DNA of 30,085 nucleotides from a bacterium (GCA_031362565.1 JANLSU010000030.1:1-30085), one strand, 5' to 3'; counted from the stretch's first letter, positions 9,228-18,008 are shown. The notes: a model not told the origin generated them from the sequence alone. Translations and numbers: made by a program.

Positions 9228-10667
9228 ATGTCGGAGTTTCGAGCCCGGGTCGCGGAATTGGCGCAGCGAACGGTGCAAAACAACCGCTGGCGCCAGTCAC
9301 AGTGCTTCAACCTCATCCCTTCGGAAACCACGCCCAGCCTGCTCGTCAAGCTGTGCGAGATTTCCGATCCGGCCGGCCGTTACGCCGAACACCGGACTCT
9401 GAAGGGCCAGGAGGTCTACTACTACCAAGGCACCGATTTCATCCGCGACGTCGAAAATGAAACGCGCACCGAAATGTGCAAGTTCTTCGGCAGCAGTGAA
9501 GCCGAGTTGCGCCCGGTGAGCGGCCAGATGTCGAACGAAGTCGTCTTCAAGGCGATGCTGAAGTACTTGGCCGAACGGCCCGGGAACCGCCGCTTGCACC
9601 GGGTCCTCAACAACGACCTGACGAAGGGCGGCCACTTGAGCGCGCAGTTCATGGGCGCGCTGTTCAATTTCGTCGACGTCGATGCGGCGACCGGCAAGGA
9701 GAGCGTCGTCAACTTCCCGCTGCACCCCGACAATCCGTACCGGCCCGACGTGTCGCGCTTGCACGACATCCTGCACGAGAACCGCCCGGAACTCGTCATC
9801 TTTGGCAAGAGCATGTTCCTGTATCCGGAGCCGGTGCGGGAAGTCGCGGCCATCGCGCGTGAACTCGAGCCGCGCCCGGTGCTGATGTTCGACATGGCGC
9901 ACGTGCTCGGGCTTTACGGCGCCTTCCAGGAGCCATTGGCCGAGGGTGCCGATCTGGTGACCGGCAGCACGCACAAGACGTTCTTCGGTCCGCAGCGCGG
10001 TGTCATTCTGTCGAACCTCGACAAGGACTCACCGCACCGCAAACTGTGGCTCGAGATCAAGAGCCGCGCCTTCCCGGGCTCGACCAGCAATCACCACTTG
10101 GGGACACTGCTCGGCCTCTTGCTGGCGAGCATCGAGATGAACACGTTCAAGGCCGAGTATCAGGCGGCAGTGATCGGCAACGCCCGGGCCTTCGCACGCG
10201 CGCTGCATGACGCCGGGGTGCATGTCGAAGGCGATGCACGCGATGGCTGGACCCACACGCATCAGGTCGTCATCCGGGTACGCGAACACGGCAGCGGCGA
10301 GGATATCGCGCGCCGGCTCGAAGAGAACAACATCCTCACCAACTACCAAGCGCTGCCGGATGACGAGTCGTTCGTGAACACGAGCGGCGTGCGGCTGGGC
10401 GTCCAAGAAATGACGCGCTTCGGAATGCAGGCGCGTGACTTCGGGGTGTTGGCGGGCCTCATTGCCGATTGCGTGGTGCGCAACAAGCGTGTCGTCGATG
10501 CGGTGGCCGCCGAACGGCAGAAGTTCCTCGTCATGCAGTACTGCCTGCCGGCCGCCGAAGCGTTGCCGATCGCCGCCGATATCCTGGCGTCAATTCTGCC
10601 GGGCGATGGCTACGTGGCGCGGTTTGCCGATGCGCTGGGACTCGCGGCGCGCGCGACGCGAACCTGA
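9228..10667 (+). CDS. glyA: Serine hydroxymethyltransferase, archaeal-like subtype
   Basis: NLIPSE, RYAE, GGHLS, DMAHVLGL, PLP-lysine motif GSTHKTFFGPQRG, FPGSTSNHH and SGVRLGVQEMTRFG. GGAGG RBS before ATG 9228. Confidence 0.85.
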   Translation: MSEFRARVAELAQRTVQNNRWRQSQCFNLIPSETTPSLLVKLCEISDPAGRYAEHRTLKGQEVYYYQGTDFIRDVENETRTEMCKFFGSSEAELRPVSGQMSNEVVFKAMLKYLAERPGNRRLHRVLNNDLTKGGHLSAQFMGALFNFVDVDAATGKESVVNFPLHPDNPYRPDVSRLHDILHENRPELVIFGKSMFLYPEPVREVAAIARELEPRPVLMFDMAHVLGLYGAFQEPLAEGADLVTGSTHKTFFGPQRGVILSNLDKDSPHRKLWLEIKSRAFPGSTSNHHLGTLLGLLLASIEMNTFKAEYQAAVIGNARAFARALHDAGVHVEGDARDGWTHTHQVVIRVREHGSGEDIARRLEENNILTNYQALPDDESFVNTSGVRLGVQEMTRFGMQARDFGVLAGLIADCVVRNKRVVDAVAAERQKFLVMQYCLPAAEALPIAADILASILPGDGYVARFADALGLAARATRT

Positions 10668-10671
10668 AGCA

Positions 10672-10998
10672 CTATTTCGCGGCTTCGCCGCGCAACGTGT
10701 CGAGGATCCAGGCACGGCCGGCCGTCGCGTGCGGCCACCCGAGGGTCGTGACGCCGAGCAGTGCCACCTGCAACAGGTCGGCGCGGCTCGCGCCCTCGCG
10801 GAGCGCCCGGCGCGCATGCGAATGCACGGCGCCTTCCTGGCGCGCACCGAGTGCCAACGCCAGTTTGATCAAGCGCTGGGTGCGCGCATCCAACGGACCG
10901 GCTTCGGCAAGCGCTTTCTCGAGCGCTTGGTAGTGCTCCCACACCGCGGGGTGTTCAGCGCGCAGTTCCTCGACAATGTTCGGCAGCTTGTCGCTCAT
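10672..10998 (-). CDS. Carboxymuconolactone decarboxylase (CMD/AhpD-like) family protein
   Basis: GPLDARTQRLIKLALA, AVHSHARRAL and TLGWP motifs; 108 aa. Confidence 0.9.
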   Translation of the reverse strand: MSDKLPNIVEELRAEHPAVWEHYQALEKALAEAGPLDARTQRLIKLALALGARQEGAVHSHARRALREGASRADLLQVALLGVTTLGWPHATAGRAWILDTLRGEAAK

Positions 10999-11014
10999 GG
11001 ACGCCTTGCCCTTC

Positions 11015-11818
11015 TCACGCGAAGCCGCGTTCTTCCAACTCGTCGTCGTCGTAACCCAAGTAGTGGCCGATCTCGTGGAACACCGTCACGGCGATCTCCT
11101 CCACGAGTTCCTCGCGACTTTCGGCGACGTGCTCGAGATTGTGATGGAACAGATAGACGACGTCCGGCAGACGCGACGTGGAGAGCGAGTCGCGCTCCGG
11201 CAACGGCGTACCGGTGTAGAGCCCGAGCAACTCGGGATCGAGCGGCGGATCGTCGCTCCGCAAGACGTCGAGCGGCGGCACCGGCTGCACGAGGACCGCG
11301 ACCTCACCCTCGAGCGCGGCGTGGAATTCCTCCGGCAAGCGGTCGAGCGCTTCGGCGACGGTGTCGCGGAACTCGGCCTCGGAAATTCGATACGGCAAAG
11401 GATAGGCTTCGGCGTCGCTCTTGTGGGCCCGGCGGGCACAACGATCGGCTTCGTCCATGCGATCGTCGCGTTCGGCGAGCCGTCCGAGGAGCGCCCAGGC
11501 TCCCGGCGAGTCGCCGAGCGTGTTGGCGCGCGTCGCGGCGCGGTGGGCGGCGTCGAAGTCGAGGAGAGCGAAGTCCATCCAGGCCAGCGACTCCCACGGT
11601 TCCGGCGCCTCCGGCGCCAGTTTTGTCGCCGTTTGGAACGCCGCGTGCGCCCCACGCACGTCATCGTCTTCGCACCGCACGTCGCCAAGACGCATGTGCA
11701 AGTCCGGGTCGTCCGGATACGCCTTGAGAGCTTCCCGCACGAGACCGAGCGCGACGTCGATTTCGTCGTCGTCCAGGGCGGAATCGATGGCGTCGAGACG
11801 CTCGTCCAGATCGGACAC
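11015..11818 (-). CDS. TPR-containing Zincin_1-type (minimal zincin) metallopeptidase
   Basis: N-terminal TPR-like helices; LLGLYTG, EEIAVTVFHEIGHYLG (HExxH) and DELEERG C-terminus. AAGG/GGAGG RBS. Confidence 0.88.
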   Translation of the reverse strand: MSDLDERLDAIDSALDDDEIDVALGLVREALKAYPDDPDLHMRLGDVRCEDDDVRGAHAAFQTATKLAPEAPEPWESLAWMDFALLDFDAAHRAATRANTLGDSPGAWALLGRLAERDDRMDEADRCARRAHKSDAEAYPLPYRISEAEFRDTVAEALDRLPEEFHAALEGEVAVLVQPVPPLDVLRSDDPPLDPELLGLYTGTPLPERDSLSTSRLPDVVYLFHHNLEHVAESREELVEEIAVTVFHEIGHYLGYDDDELEERGFA

Positions 11819-11977
11819 GGTGCAACCTCCAAGGGGCCCGGACCCGCATTCTGGCCGCGCGCCAGCCCGGGCGCAACCCTCCGGCCTGCGCCTCCCCCTT
11901 GCGAGCCGTGCAGTGCGACCCTAGGCTTGATGCAGCGCCGGGCCACCGCTTCACACCGCCGCCGCAGGGAGAACCGC

Positions 11978-12709
11978 GTGTCGTACCGTTCGGTGTTCGG
12001 ATCGATTCTCGTCGCCGCCGCACTGGTGGCTGCGAGCGCCGGTGCGAACGCCGCCACCGCGGCCCCGGCAGCCACGAAACTGCATGCCGCCAATCCGCCG
12101 GCCGCTGTCAAAGCCAGCGCTTCGGCACCCGTCGCGGCGCCGCGCGAGGCCGAAGTGGCACCGGCACCGCCGAGGACGACGGCGCCGGCGGCACGGCCGG
12201 CAGTCGTGCAGGAACTCAAGGAACGCCTCGATCTCCGCGGTCCATTCAACGTCGGGCGCGGTAAGGTGCGTCTCGTCGCCTTTTTCTCGCCGACTTGCAT
12301 TCATTGCATCGAGAACGCGGCACGGCTCCAGGCCCAGTTGTTCGACAAGAACAAGAATCCGGATCTCGAAATGCACGTGGTGTGGGTCAAGGCCATGCAG
12401 ACCGATACCCGGTCGGCGGTCGATCGCGCCACGACTGTCCTGCCCGATCCTCGCGTCCAGCATTACTGGGATTCGGCGCATCTGCTGAATGCCCAACTCC
12501 TGGATGCGGTGCAGTTCGACGTGCAGGTGCGTTTCTTCGACGTCGTTCTGCTCTACGATCGCAAGGCGTCGTGGGATACGCGCTTGCCGCGGCCCAACTA
12601 CTGGATGCACGAATACCGTGGCGCTCCCGGTCCCGCCTTCGATGCCGAGGTGTTCGCATTGCAAGTACAACGTGCGCTCGACAACGAAACGATCACGCCG
12701 CCGCAGTGA
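11978..12709 (+). CDS. Exported thioredoxin-fold protein with CxxC (SPTCIHC)
   Basis: GTG after GGGAG; signal peptide; Ala/Pro linker; FN.GRGKVRLVAFFSPTCIHC; DPRVQHYWD; DVVLLY. Confidence 0.75.
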   Translation: MSYRSVFGSILVAAALVAASAGANAATAAPAATKLHAANPPAAVKASASAPVAAPREAEVAPAPPRTTAPAARPAVVQELKERLDLRGPFNVGRGKVRLVAFFSPTCIHCIENAARLQAQLFDKNKNPDLEMHVVWVKAMQTDTRSAVDRATTVLPDPRVQHYWDSAHLLNAQLLDAVQFDVQVRFFDVVLLYDRKASWDTRLPRPNYWMHEYRGAPGPAFDAEVFALQVQRALDNETITPPQ

Positions 12710-12876
12710 CCCGCGCCGGAATTCCACACTGCGTGCGGACACCCGGTCCATGCGCTCGTACGCACATTCCACGCGACTTCCACGCGAGTTCCGCGCGTTA
12801 CAACGCACAAGTGTCGAATTATTTGCCAGATCACCGACGCGCGTCCGCGAAGCACGAATAAAAATCGATTGCTCGC

Positions 12877-12905
12877 TTGACCGTGTGTGACCTCATCCAG
12901 AGAAT
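12877..12905 (+). promoter_or_regulatory. Putative sigma70 promoter (TTGACC-N17-GAGAAT) with AT-rich upstream tract
   Basis: -35 at 12877-12882, 17-nt spacer, -10 at 12900-12905; AATAAAAAT tract just upstream. Confidence 0.45.
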
Positions 12906-13025
12906 GCGCAACTCGATGGGCGTCGTTGCGTGACATCGGTCACGCGGCGCAAGGCACCAAGGAAGTCCGCCGCGAAACACCGAGCCGCGGTGGACGTCTG
13001 TGCCGAGCGCAACGCCTGCCGAATC

Positions 13026-13057
13026 GCGAGCGGGGGAGGTCGCCCTCCCCCGTTCGC
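13026..13057. terminator. Strong GC hairpin between convergent units
   Basis: GCGAGCGGGGGAGG-tcgc-CCTCCCCCGTTCGC, a 14-bp stem with one G-U pair on the + strand. No clear U-tract. Confidence 0.5.
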
Positions 13058-13094
13058 TCGGCCCAACGCCTGCCGGCCCCAAACGTCCGTGCGG

Positions 13095-14981
13095 CTAGTG
13101 GGCTGCAGCCGCCGCGACCGTCCCCTCGCCATCCGGCGCAAAGCAGACGGGGACGGTGCTTTCGTGTCCGTGCTGGGTAATCGTCACGGTTCCGCAGCCG
13201 CTGCCGTCGCGATCGATTTCGACCGAGCCATGTACGGTCAGATCCTCGGACGGATCCCGGAACGAGAACGTCAGCAGCCAACCCTCTTCCTCAACGCGGC
13301 GTTCGATGGCGAACTCCGCCGTCTCGTCATCGGGGCCACTCGTCGAACCGGTCAGTTCGCCGGTCGCAACGTTCTGCTGCATTTCAAAATCGACGTGCCC
13401 GGCACTTCCGGACGTGTAACCGGACAGGGTGCGCGTGCTGTCGTTTGGCGCTTCGCCGTGCACGACCAGCGAGTCGACGCCGGCGTCGGCGTGCGTCGCG
13501 GTCCGCACCCAGTCGATCGTATGTGCGCCGGGATCCCCGGTGCCGTCAAAGTGGGTCGAAACCGGGTCCCGGCCACTCGGATACGACGTGTCGACCACGA
13601 TGCGCCGCGTCGCGGCCGTGTAGGTGCCGGTCACGACGGCGCCGTCGCGGCGCGTCGTCGTCCACGTGGCGTCGTGTGCCACGGTCCAGGCAGTCGTGCG
13701 GTGAGTCGCCGTGCCGTCCGAGTAATCGATGTCCAGTTGGGCGGTGCCGCCGCCTTCGCAGACGCGGTCGACCACATGATCCACCGAACGCACCGCCCGG
13801 CTGCTGGCGAACGTCGCATGCCGTTCGAAGTGCCCGCCACAAGGTTCGACGCCACGCTGCACCGGAACGGTCGGGGTGAATTCGACATGTGACGCGGGCA
13901 TCCCGCCATTCACCGTCACGCCGTCGAACTCCACGTCGCGCTCGACGTGTTCGACGCGGTCATCGGCCTCGTTCTGCAGAATGCCGACAAGAATCCGGAT
14001 CGAGGTCGTAACGCTCTGCACGCGCGTGTCACTGGGCGGGGCTGTCAGGACCGACGTCACGGTGACCTCGTCACCATCGGCGAATCCGTCGGCCAGGTCG
14101 CTATCGACGAACGCCAGCGTAGCCGAAGCGCCGTTCCGGAACACGACTTCGGATCCAACGCTGTGAATGACTTCGTCGCCGTCCAGCGCCACCAGGCCGA
14201 TATCGAGGGTCATGGCATTCGTTTGGGAGAGCACCCGGCCGTGCGCCGGGCGCCGGATCTCCGTCGCTGCAACCGATCCACCGTCGGCCAAGAAATCGCT
14301 GCCCTGCGGCAGGAATGAAACGTCGAGCGTGCTGCCGTCGCGCAGCGTCACAAGAGAGTGATAGCTGCGGAACCGGTCGTCGACGATCTCCAGAGGCGTA
14401 CCGTTGTCGTTGACCGCGAAGCGCTGTACCTGCTGCGCGAGCGGCCCGTCGGGCCAGGTGCGAGTCAGGGTCACGACCGCTTCGCCGGGCCCGGTGCGAT
14501 CGACGCAAGTCACGAGCGTGCCGCCGCCCGGCTCCTCCTGAGTGCGACAGCTGTCAGCGAACGCCGCCCGCTTCCCCACTGGCGCCAGCGCGGCCCGCAC
14601 CGCCGCGTTCGAACGCCCGAGCGCGGCAGTGGTGTGAAGGTCGGCAAAGGGTTGCGCCACGAACAGGCTCACGCCGCCGTAGTCCCCGAGGCCGCCACCC
14701 GTTTCGACGCCACCGATGCCATCCACATCACCGACGGCCGACGTCAGTGGATTTTCCACCGCATCGATCTGAGACTGGTCGGTCGCGACCTGCCCAATTC
14801 CAGCCGCCTGGTTCGCCGCCGTGGCTGCCAGCACAGGGTCGAGCGGCACATTTGCCGACGGCACCTCACCGCAGCCCGCGAGGGCCGCAACTGTGAACAA
14901 GGTTGCGGCGAGGGCCGCACCACGTCGACACCACAAATGCGACGCCAAGGCGCGCCAGTCGGACCGGAGAATGACTTGCAT
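13095..14981 (-). CDS. Uncharacterised beta-rich lipoprotein
   Basis: GGAG RBS before ATG 14981; hydrophobic stretch ending in lipobox LAGC; Thr/Asp/Gly-rich beta-strand pattern; no recognisable family. Confidence 0.7.
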   Translation of the reverse strand: MQVILRSDWRALASHLWCRRGAALAATLFTVAALAGCGEVPSANVPLDPVLAATAANQAAGIGQVATDQSQIDAVENPLTSAVGDVDGIGGVETGGGLGDYGGVSLFVAQPFADLHTTAALGRSNAAVRAALAPVGKRAAFADSCRTQEEPGGGTLVTCVDRTGPGEAVVTLTRTWPDGPLAQQVQRFAVNDNGTPLEIVDDRFRSYHSLVTLRDGSTLDVSFLPQGSDFLADGGSVAATEIRRPAHGRVLSQTNAMTLDIGLVALDGDEVIHSVGSEVVFRNGASATLAFVDSDLADGFADGDEVTVTSVLTAPPSDTRVQSVTTSIRILVGILQNEADDRVEHVERDVEFDGVTVNGGMPASHVEFTPTVPVQRGVEPCGGHFERHATFASSRAVRSVDHVVDRVCEGGGTAQLDIDYSDGTATHRTTAWTVAHDATWTTTRRDGAVVTGTYTAATRRIVVDTSYPSGRDPVSTHFDGTGDPGAHTIDWVRTATHADAGVDSLVVHGEAPNDSTRTLSGYTSGSAGHVDFEMQQNVATGELTGSTSGPDDETAEFAIERRVEEEGWLLTFSFRDPSEDLTVHGSVEIDRDGSGCGTVTITQHGHESTVPVCFAPDGEGTVAAAAAH

Positions 14982-15406
14982 TGCAACTCCACACAGAAAT
15001 ACACGGGACTTTTCACATGGCGGGCGAGAAGCCAAACGCCTCTCGCCACTCAGGCTCGAGAAGAGTTGCAATCAATGAACATTCCAAGTCGGTGCCTGGA
15101 ACGCGATCCGCACCGAGAGCCACCGCGCCTGGAGGCGGGCCCGGTCGCCTCACTTCCCGGGATGGAAAACATCTGCGCGCCAACGCGAAGCCGCTCGAGT
15201 CGCCGGACGGATAACGTCGGGACAGTCATCCTCGGACCCGACTCCCTTGCATCGAAATCCCTAGGCCGCGTTCCGATGGAAAACATCTGCGCGCCAAGTT
15301 CGCGAGACGGATCACGTTGGGACTGGGATGTTTGACCGCGCAGGGTTGCCGGCACCAACCCGCGCCGGCTCCTTGTTCTCTTGCGAACACTCGTTCCGGA
15401 ACGAGT

Positions 15407-15422
15407 TGTGACAGGTTTCACA
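15407..15422. promoter_or_regulatory. CRP/FNR-family-like palindrome TGTGA-N6-TCACA
   Basis: TGTGA CAGGTT TCACA matches the CRP consensus core exactly. Confidence 0.45.
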
Positions 15423-15722
15423 AACCTTCGTTCGGCTTCCATGTGTCGACAACGTTGACGTTGGGCCCGCCCGTGTCGTGCGACGGATAACGTCGGGACA
15501 GTGATCATCGAATCGGATTCCCCCTCGAGACGACGCCCACCCTTCGTCGACCACAACGACTGACAGGTGTCGACCACGTTGACACTGGCCCGATCCGGGA
15601 CGAACTCCGCTCTCCGCCTCGTCGTCTTGCGACGGGCTCTTGCCCAGAACGAGTTTTGTGGGGTTCTGCCATTGGCGGCCTGCCCTGATTTTCAAACAAC
15701 ACATCGACACTCGGAGGCGCCG

Positions 15723-15839
15723 ATGGCCAAACGCTCGAAGCAGCTTCGCAATCGGCGGGCCACCCACGAGGCGCGCGAAAAATGGCTCTACGGCTGGGTT
15801 TTTCCGAAATCGACGCGCCTCGTTCGCCCACCGCAGTGA
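15723..15839 (+). CDS. Putative 38-aa basic small protein
   Basis: GGAGG five nt before ATG; MAKRSKQLRNRRATHEAREKWLYGWVFPKSTRLVRPPQ. Confidence 0.35.
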   Translation: MAKRSKQLRNRRATHEAREKWLYGWVFPKSTRLVRPPQ

Positions 15840-15905
15840 CGGTGAAGCGTCGACGGCGTTGACACTCGCGCGAAGCACTGGAGGTTCAGGGCCGGGTTTC
15901 GCCGC

Positions 15906-16553
15906 CTAGCGGCGACGCCCGCGCGCCGTCGACCGGGCCGGCGCCGGTTTCTTGCGCGGCGTGCGCTTGGGCGCCGCCGCGACTCCACCGGGCTGCCACA
16001 GAATGTCGCGCCGGCCGCGACCATTCGCCCAACGCGCCATGACGAAGAGGAGATCCGAGAGGCGGTTCAGATACACGAGGGTTTGGTCGCCCTCCACATG
16101 GGGTTCGTCCTCCCACAAGCGGACGACATCCAGTTCGGCGCGCCGGCAGACCACTCGCGCCACGTGCAGCCACGCGGCCGCTGGTCGCCCGCCCGGCAGA
16201 ATGAAACTCTCGAGGGGCCGCAATTCAGCCGTGTACGAATCGATGGCGCGTTCGAGTTTGGTCGCTTGGTCGGCGGTCGTGCGAAGCCGCGCCCCCGGCG
16301 CTTCGTCCCTGGAACGCGGCACGCAGAGATCTGCACCAAGGTCGAAGAGCTCGTTCTGAATCCCGCGCAAGAGCGCCCGCTCGCGGCTCGAAACGCCCGT
16401 CTGCCCCACGACCACACCAAGAATCGAGTTCAGTTCGTCGACGGTGCCGTAAGCCACAACGCGTGGATGCGTCTTGCGAACCCGCGAGCCGTCGCCCAGT
16501 GACGTCATACCTTCGTCGCCGCCACCGGTATAAATGCGATCGAGACGAACCAT
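15906..16553 (-). CDS. pduO: PduO-type cob(I)alamin adenosyltransferase
   Basis: IYTGGGDEGMTSL, AYGTVDELNS, IQNELFDLGADL, FILPGG, CRRAE and YLNRLSDLLF motifs. Confidence 0.93.
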   Translation of the reverse strand: MVRLDRIYTGGGDEGMTSLGDGSRVRKTHPRVVAYGTVDELNSILGVVVGQTGVSSRERALLRGIQNELFDLGADLCVPRSRDEAPGARLRTTADQATKLERAIDSYTAELRPLESFILPGGRPAAAWLHVARVVCRRAELDVVRLWEDEPHVEGDQTLVYLNRLSDLLFVMARWANGRGRRDILWQPGGVAAAPKRTPRKKPAPARSTARGRRR

Positions 16554-16646
16554 GACGCTCCTTGGCGAATCGCGCTCGACGCGCTTGCGAGTTGCACGCG
16601 CGACGTATCGCGCCCGAGGCTAGCCGACCGCACCGGCGCGATCAAG

Positions 16647-17309
16647 TCAGACGAGCGTTTCCCAAACGCCCGGCACCGGCGCCGTGACCTCGATGCGTTC
16701 ACCGCGGGTCGGATGGGTGAACGCGACGCGGCTCGCATGCAATGCGATCCATTGCCCCAAGGGCCGCGTCGAACCATATCGCATGTCGCCGACGATCACG
16801 CAGCCGATCGCCGCCAATTGAACGCGAATCTGATGCGCGCGCCCGGTTTCGAGGTGCACTTCGAGCAACGTACCGCCCGACCGCGGACCGAGACTCACAT
16901 AGTGCAGCCGCGCCGCACGCGCCCCCGGCTCCTGAGGATCGGCGACACGCACGGTATTGGTCGCAGGATCCTTGAGGAGCGCGTGTACGAGCACAGCCTC
17001 GGCCTCGCGTGGCGGCTTCTCGACGAGCGCCAGGTACGTCTTTTCGATGCCGCCACTCCGGAACTGCTCCGACAAGCGGGCCGCCGCCTTGCTCGTTCGC
17101 GCTAGGAGCAGCGCTCCCGACACGGGCCGGTCGAGCCGGTGCACGACACCCACATAGACATTGCCGAGTTTCTGATAGCGCTGCCGCAAGTCCTCCGTCA
17201 CCAGGTCGATGACCGTGCGATCACCCGTGCGGTCCGGTTGCACGAGCACGCCCGCCGGCTTGTCGACGACAAGACAGTGATTGTCTTCGTGGAGGATTTG
17301 CAGTGGCAC
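16647..17309 (-). CDS. RluA-family RNA pseudouridine synthase (no S4 domain)
   Basis: LVVDKPAG, catalytic HRLDRPVSG, LETGRAHQIRVQL, GDMRYG, LHA motifs. GTG start at 17309 after GGAG. Confidence 0.92.
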   Translation of the reverse strand: MPLQILHEDNHCLVVDKPAGVLVQPDRTGDRTVIDLVTEDLRQRYQKLGNVYVGVVHRLDRPVSGALLLARTSKAAARLSEQFRSGGIEKTYLALVEKPPREAEAVLVHALLKDPATNTVRVADPQEPGARAARLHYVSLGPRSGGTLLEVHLETGRAHQIRVQLAAIGCVIVGDMRYGSTRPLGQWIALHASRVAFTHPTRGERIEVTAPVPGVWETLV

Positions 17310-18008
17310 GTTGCGTCTCCGAAGCCCGGGACCTGCGACTGCTCGCAGGCTGCGGGTCGAAGGCGGGAGTGCGCAAGCGGTCCGCGGGGGCCGAGGGCAC
17401 CGGAATCCGGGTGGATTCGAGGCGGCGGTGCCCTCGGAGGTTCCCCGCGTCGTAACCCCGAGCCCCGCCGGCCGGGGCCACGGCCTGTCGAGCCGGGCGC
17501 TGCCTCGCCCTTGCCCGACCGACCGCGAACCCCAAGCGGCGCCGCGGGTGCGACTCAAGGCATTAGAACTCGGGATGCCCGGGGCTGCCGGCCCGGCGGA
17601 GAGCCAGCAGGCCCCGTGGCGGCACCCCTCGGGTGCGCAAACGGCGTCGGGTGCATGAAAACTGGTTGCCGGTCGTAGACTGCGTCCGCAAAGCCGCTCT
17701 TCTCGAGCGCCGTGGACAACGGCAGCCGCCGATCGAACGTGTTGGCGGAGAGCACGCTACGGGCCGATCCCAGACACCTGGGCAACATCTTGTTTCAATT
17801 GAAGTTGTGATCGTAACGGCGATTCAGGCCGATGGAGCGCCACGCAATTGATGCAGGGGCGCGCAGCTTCTGCGCGCGAATCCTGCGTAGTGCGCACGAT
17901 TGGGGTTCAGGGCCTTGGCTCTGGGCGCGCCGAAGCGCTCGCGTCTGCACCGTAGTACCGCACGCGTGCATCGGTTAGAATCCGCCCGCTGCGAGGTCCG
18001 ACCCGCAT

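Larger units (their letters stand above)
15161..15866. repeat. Cluster of three interspersed 17-23 bp repeat families
   Basis: A: GATGGAAAACATCTGCGCGCCAA at 15161 and 15275 (exact). B: GACGGATAACGTCGGGACAGT at 15206 and 15482 (exact), variant at 15306. C: G(T/C)GTCGAC-N3-GTTGAC at 15443, 15567 and 15847. Confidence 0.9.

Noticed and set aside
10976..11977. N-terminal part of the 577-aa + strand ORF
   Set aside because: Shadow of the TPR-zincin gene; the signal peptide and RBS indicate a start at 11978.
15075..15335. ORF with repeated MENICAP / TDNVGTV peptides (possible RiPP precursor)
   Set aside because: The repeats are identical at DNA level, recur outside the ORF, and there is no RBS or modifying enzyme nearby; better explained as DNA motifs.
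15161..15866. CRISPR array
   Set aside because: Several different repeat types with irregular spacing, at most three copies each, and no cas genes in the window.
17500..18000. tmRNA, RNase P or SRP RNA upstream of the tRNA
   Set aside because: Hallmark motifs (tRNA-like ends, GAGGAAAGTCC, SRP GGAA-loop helix) were not found.
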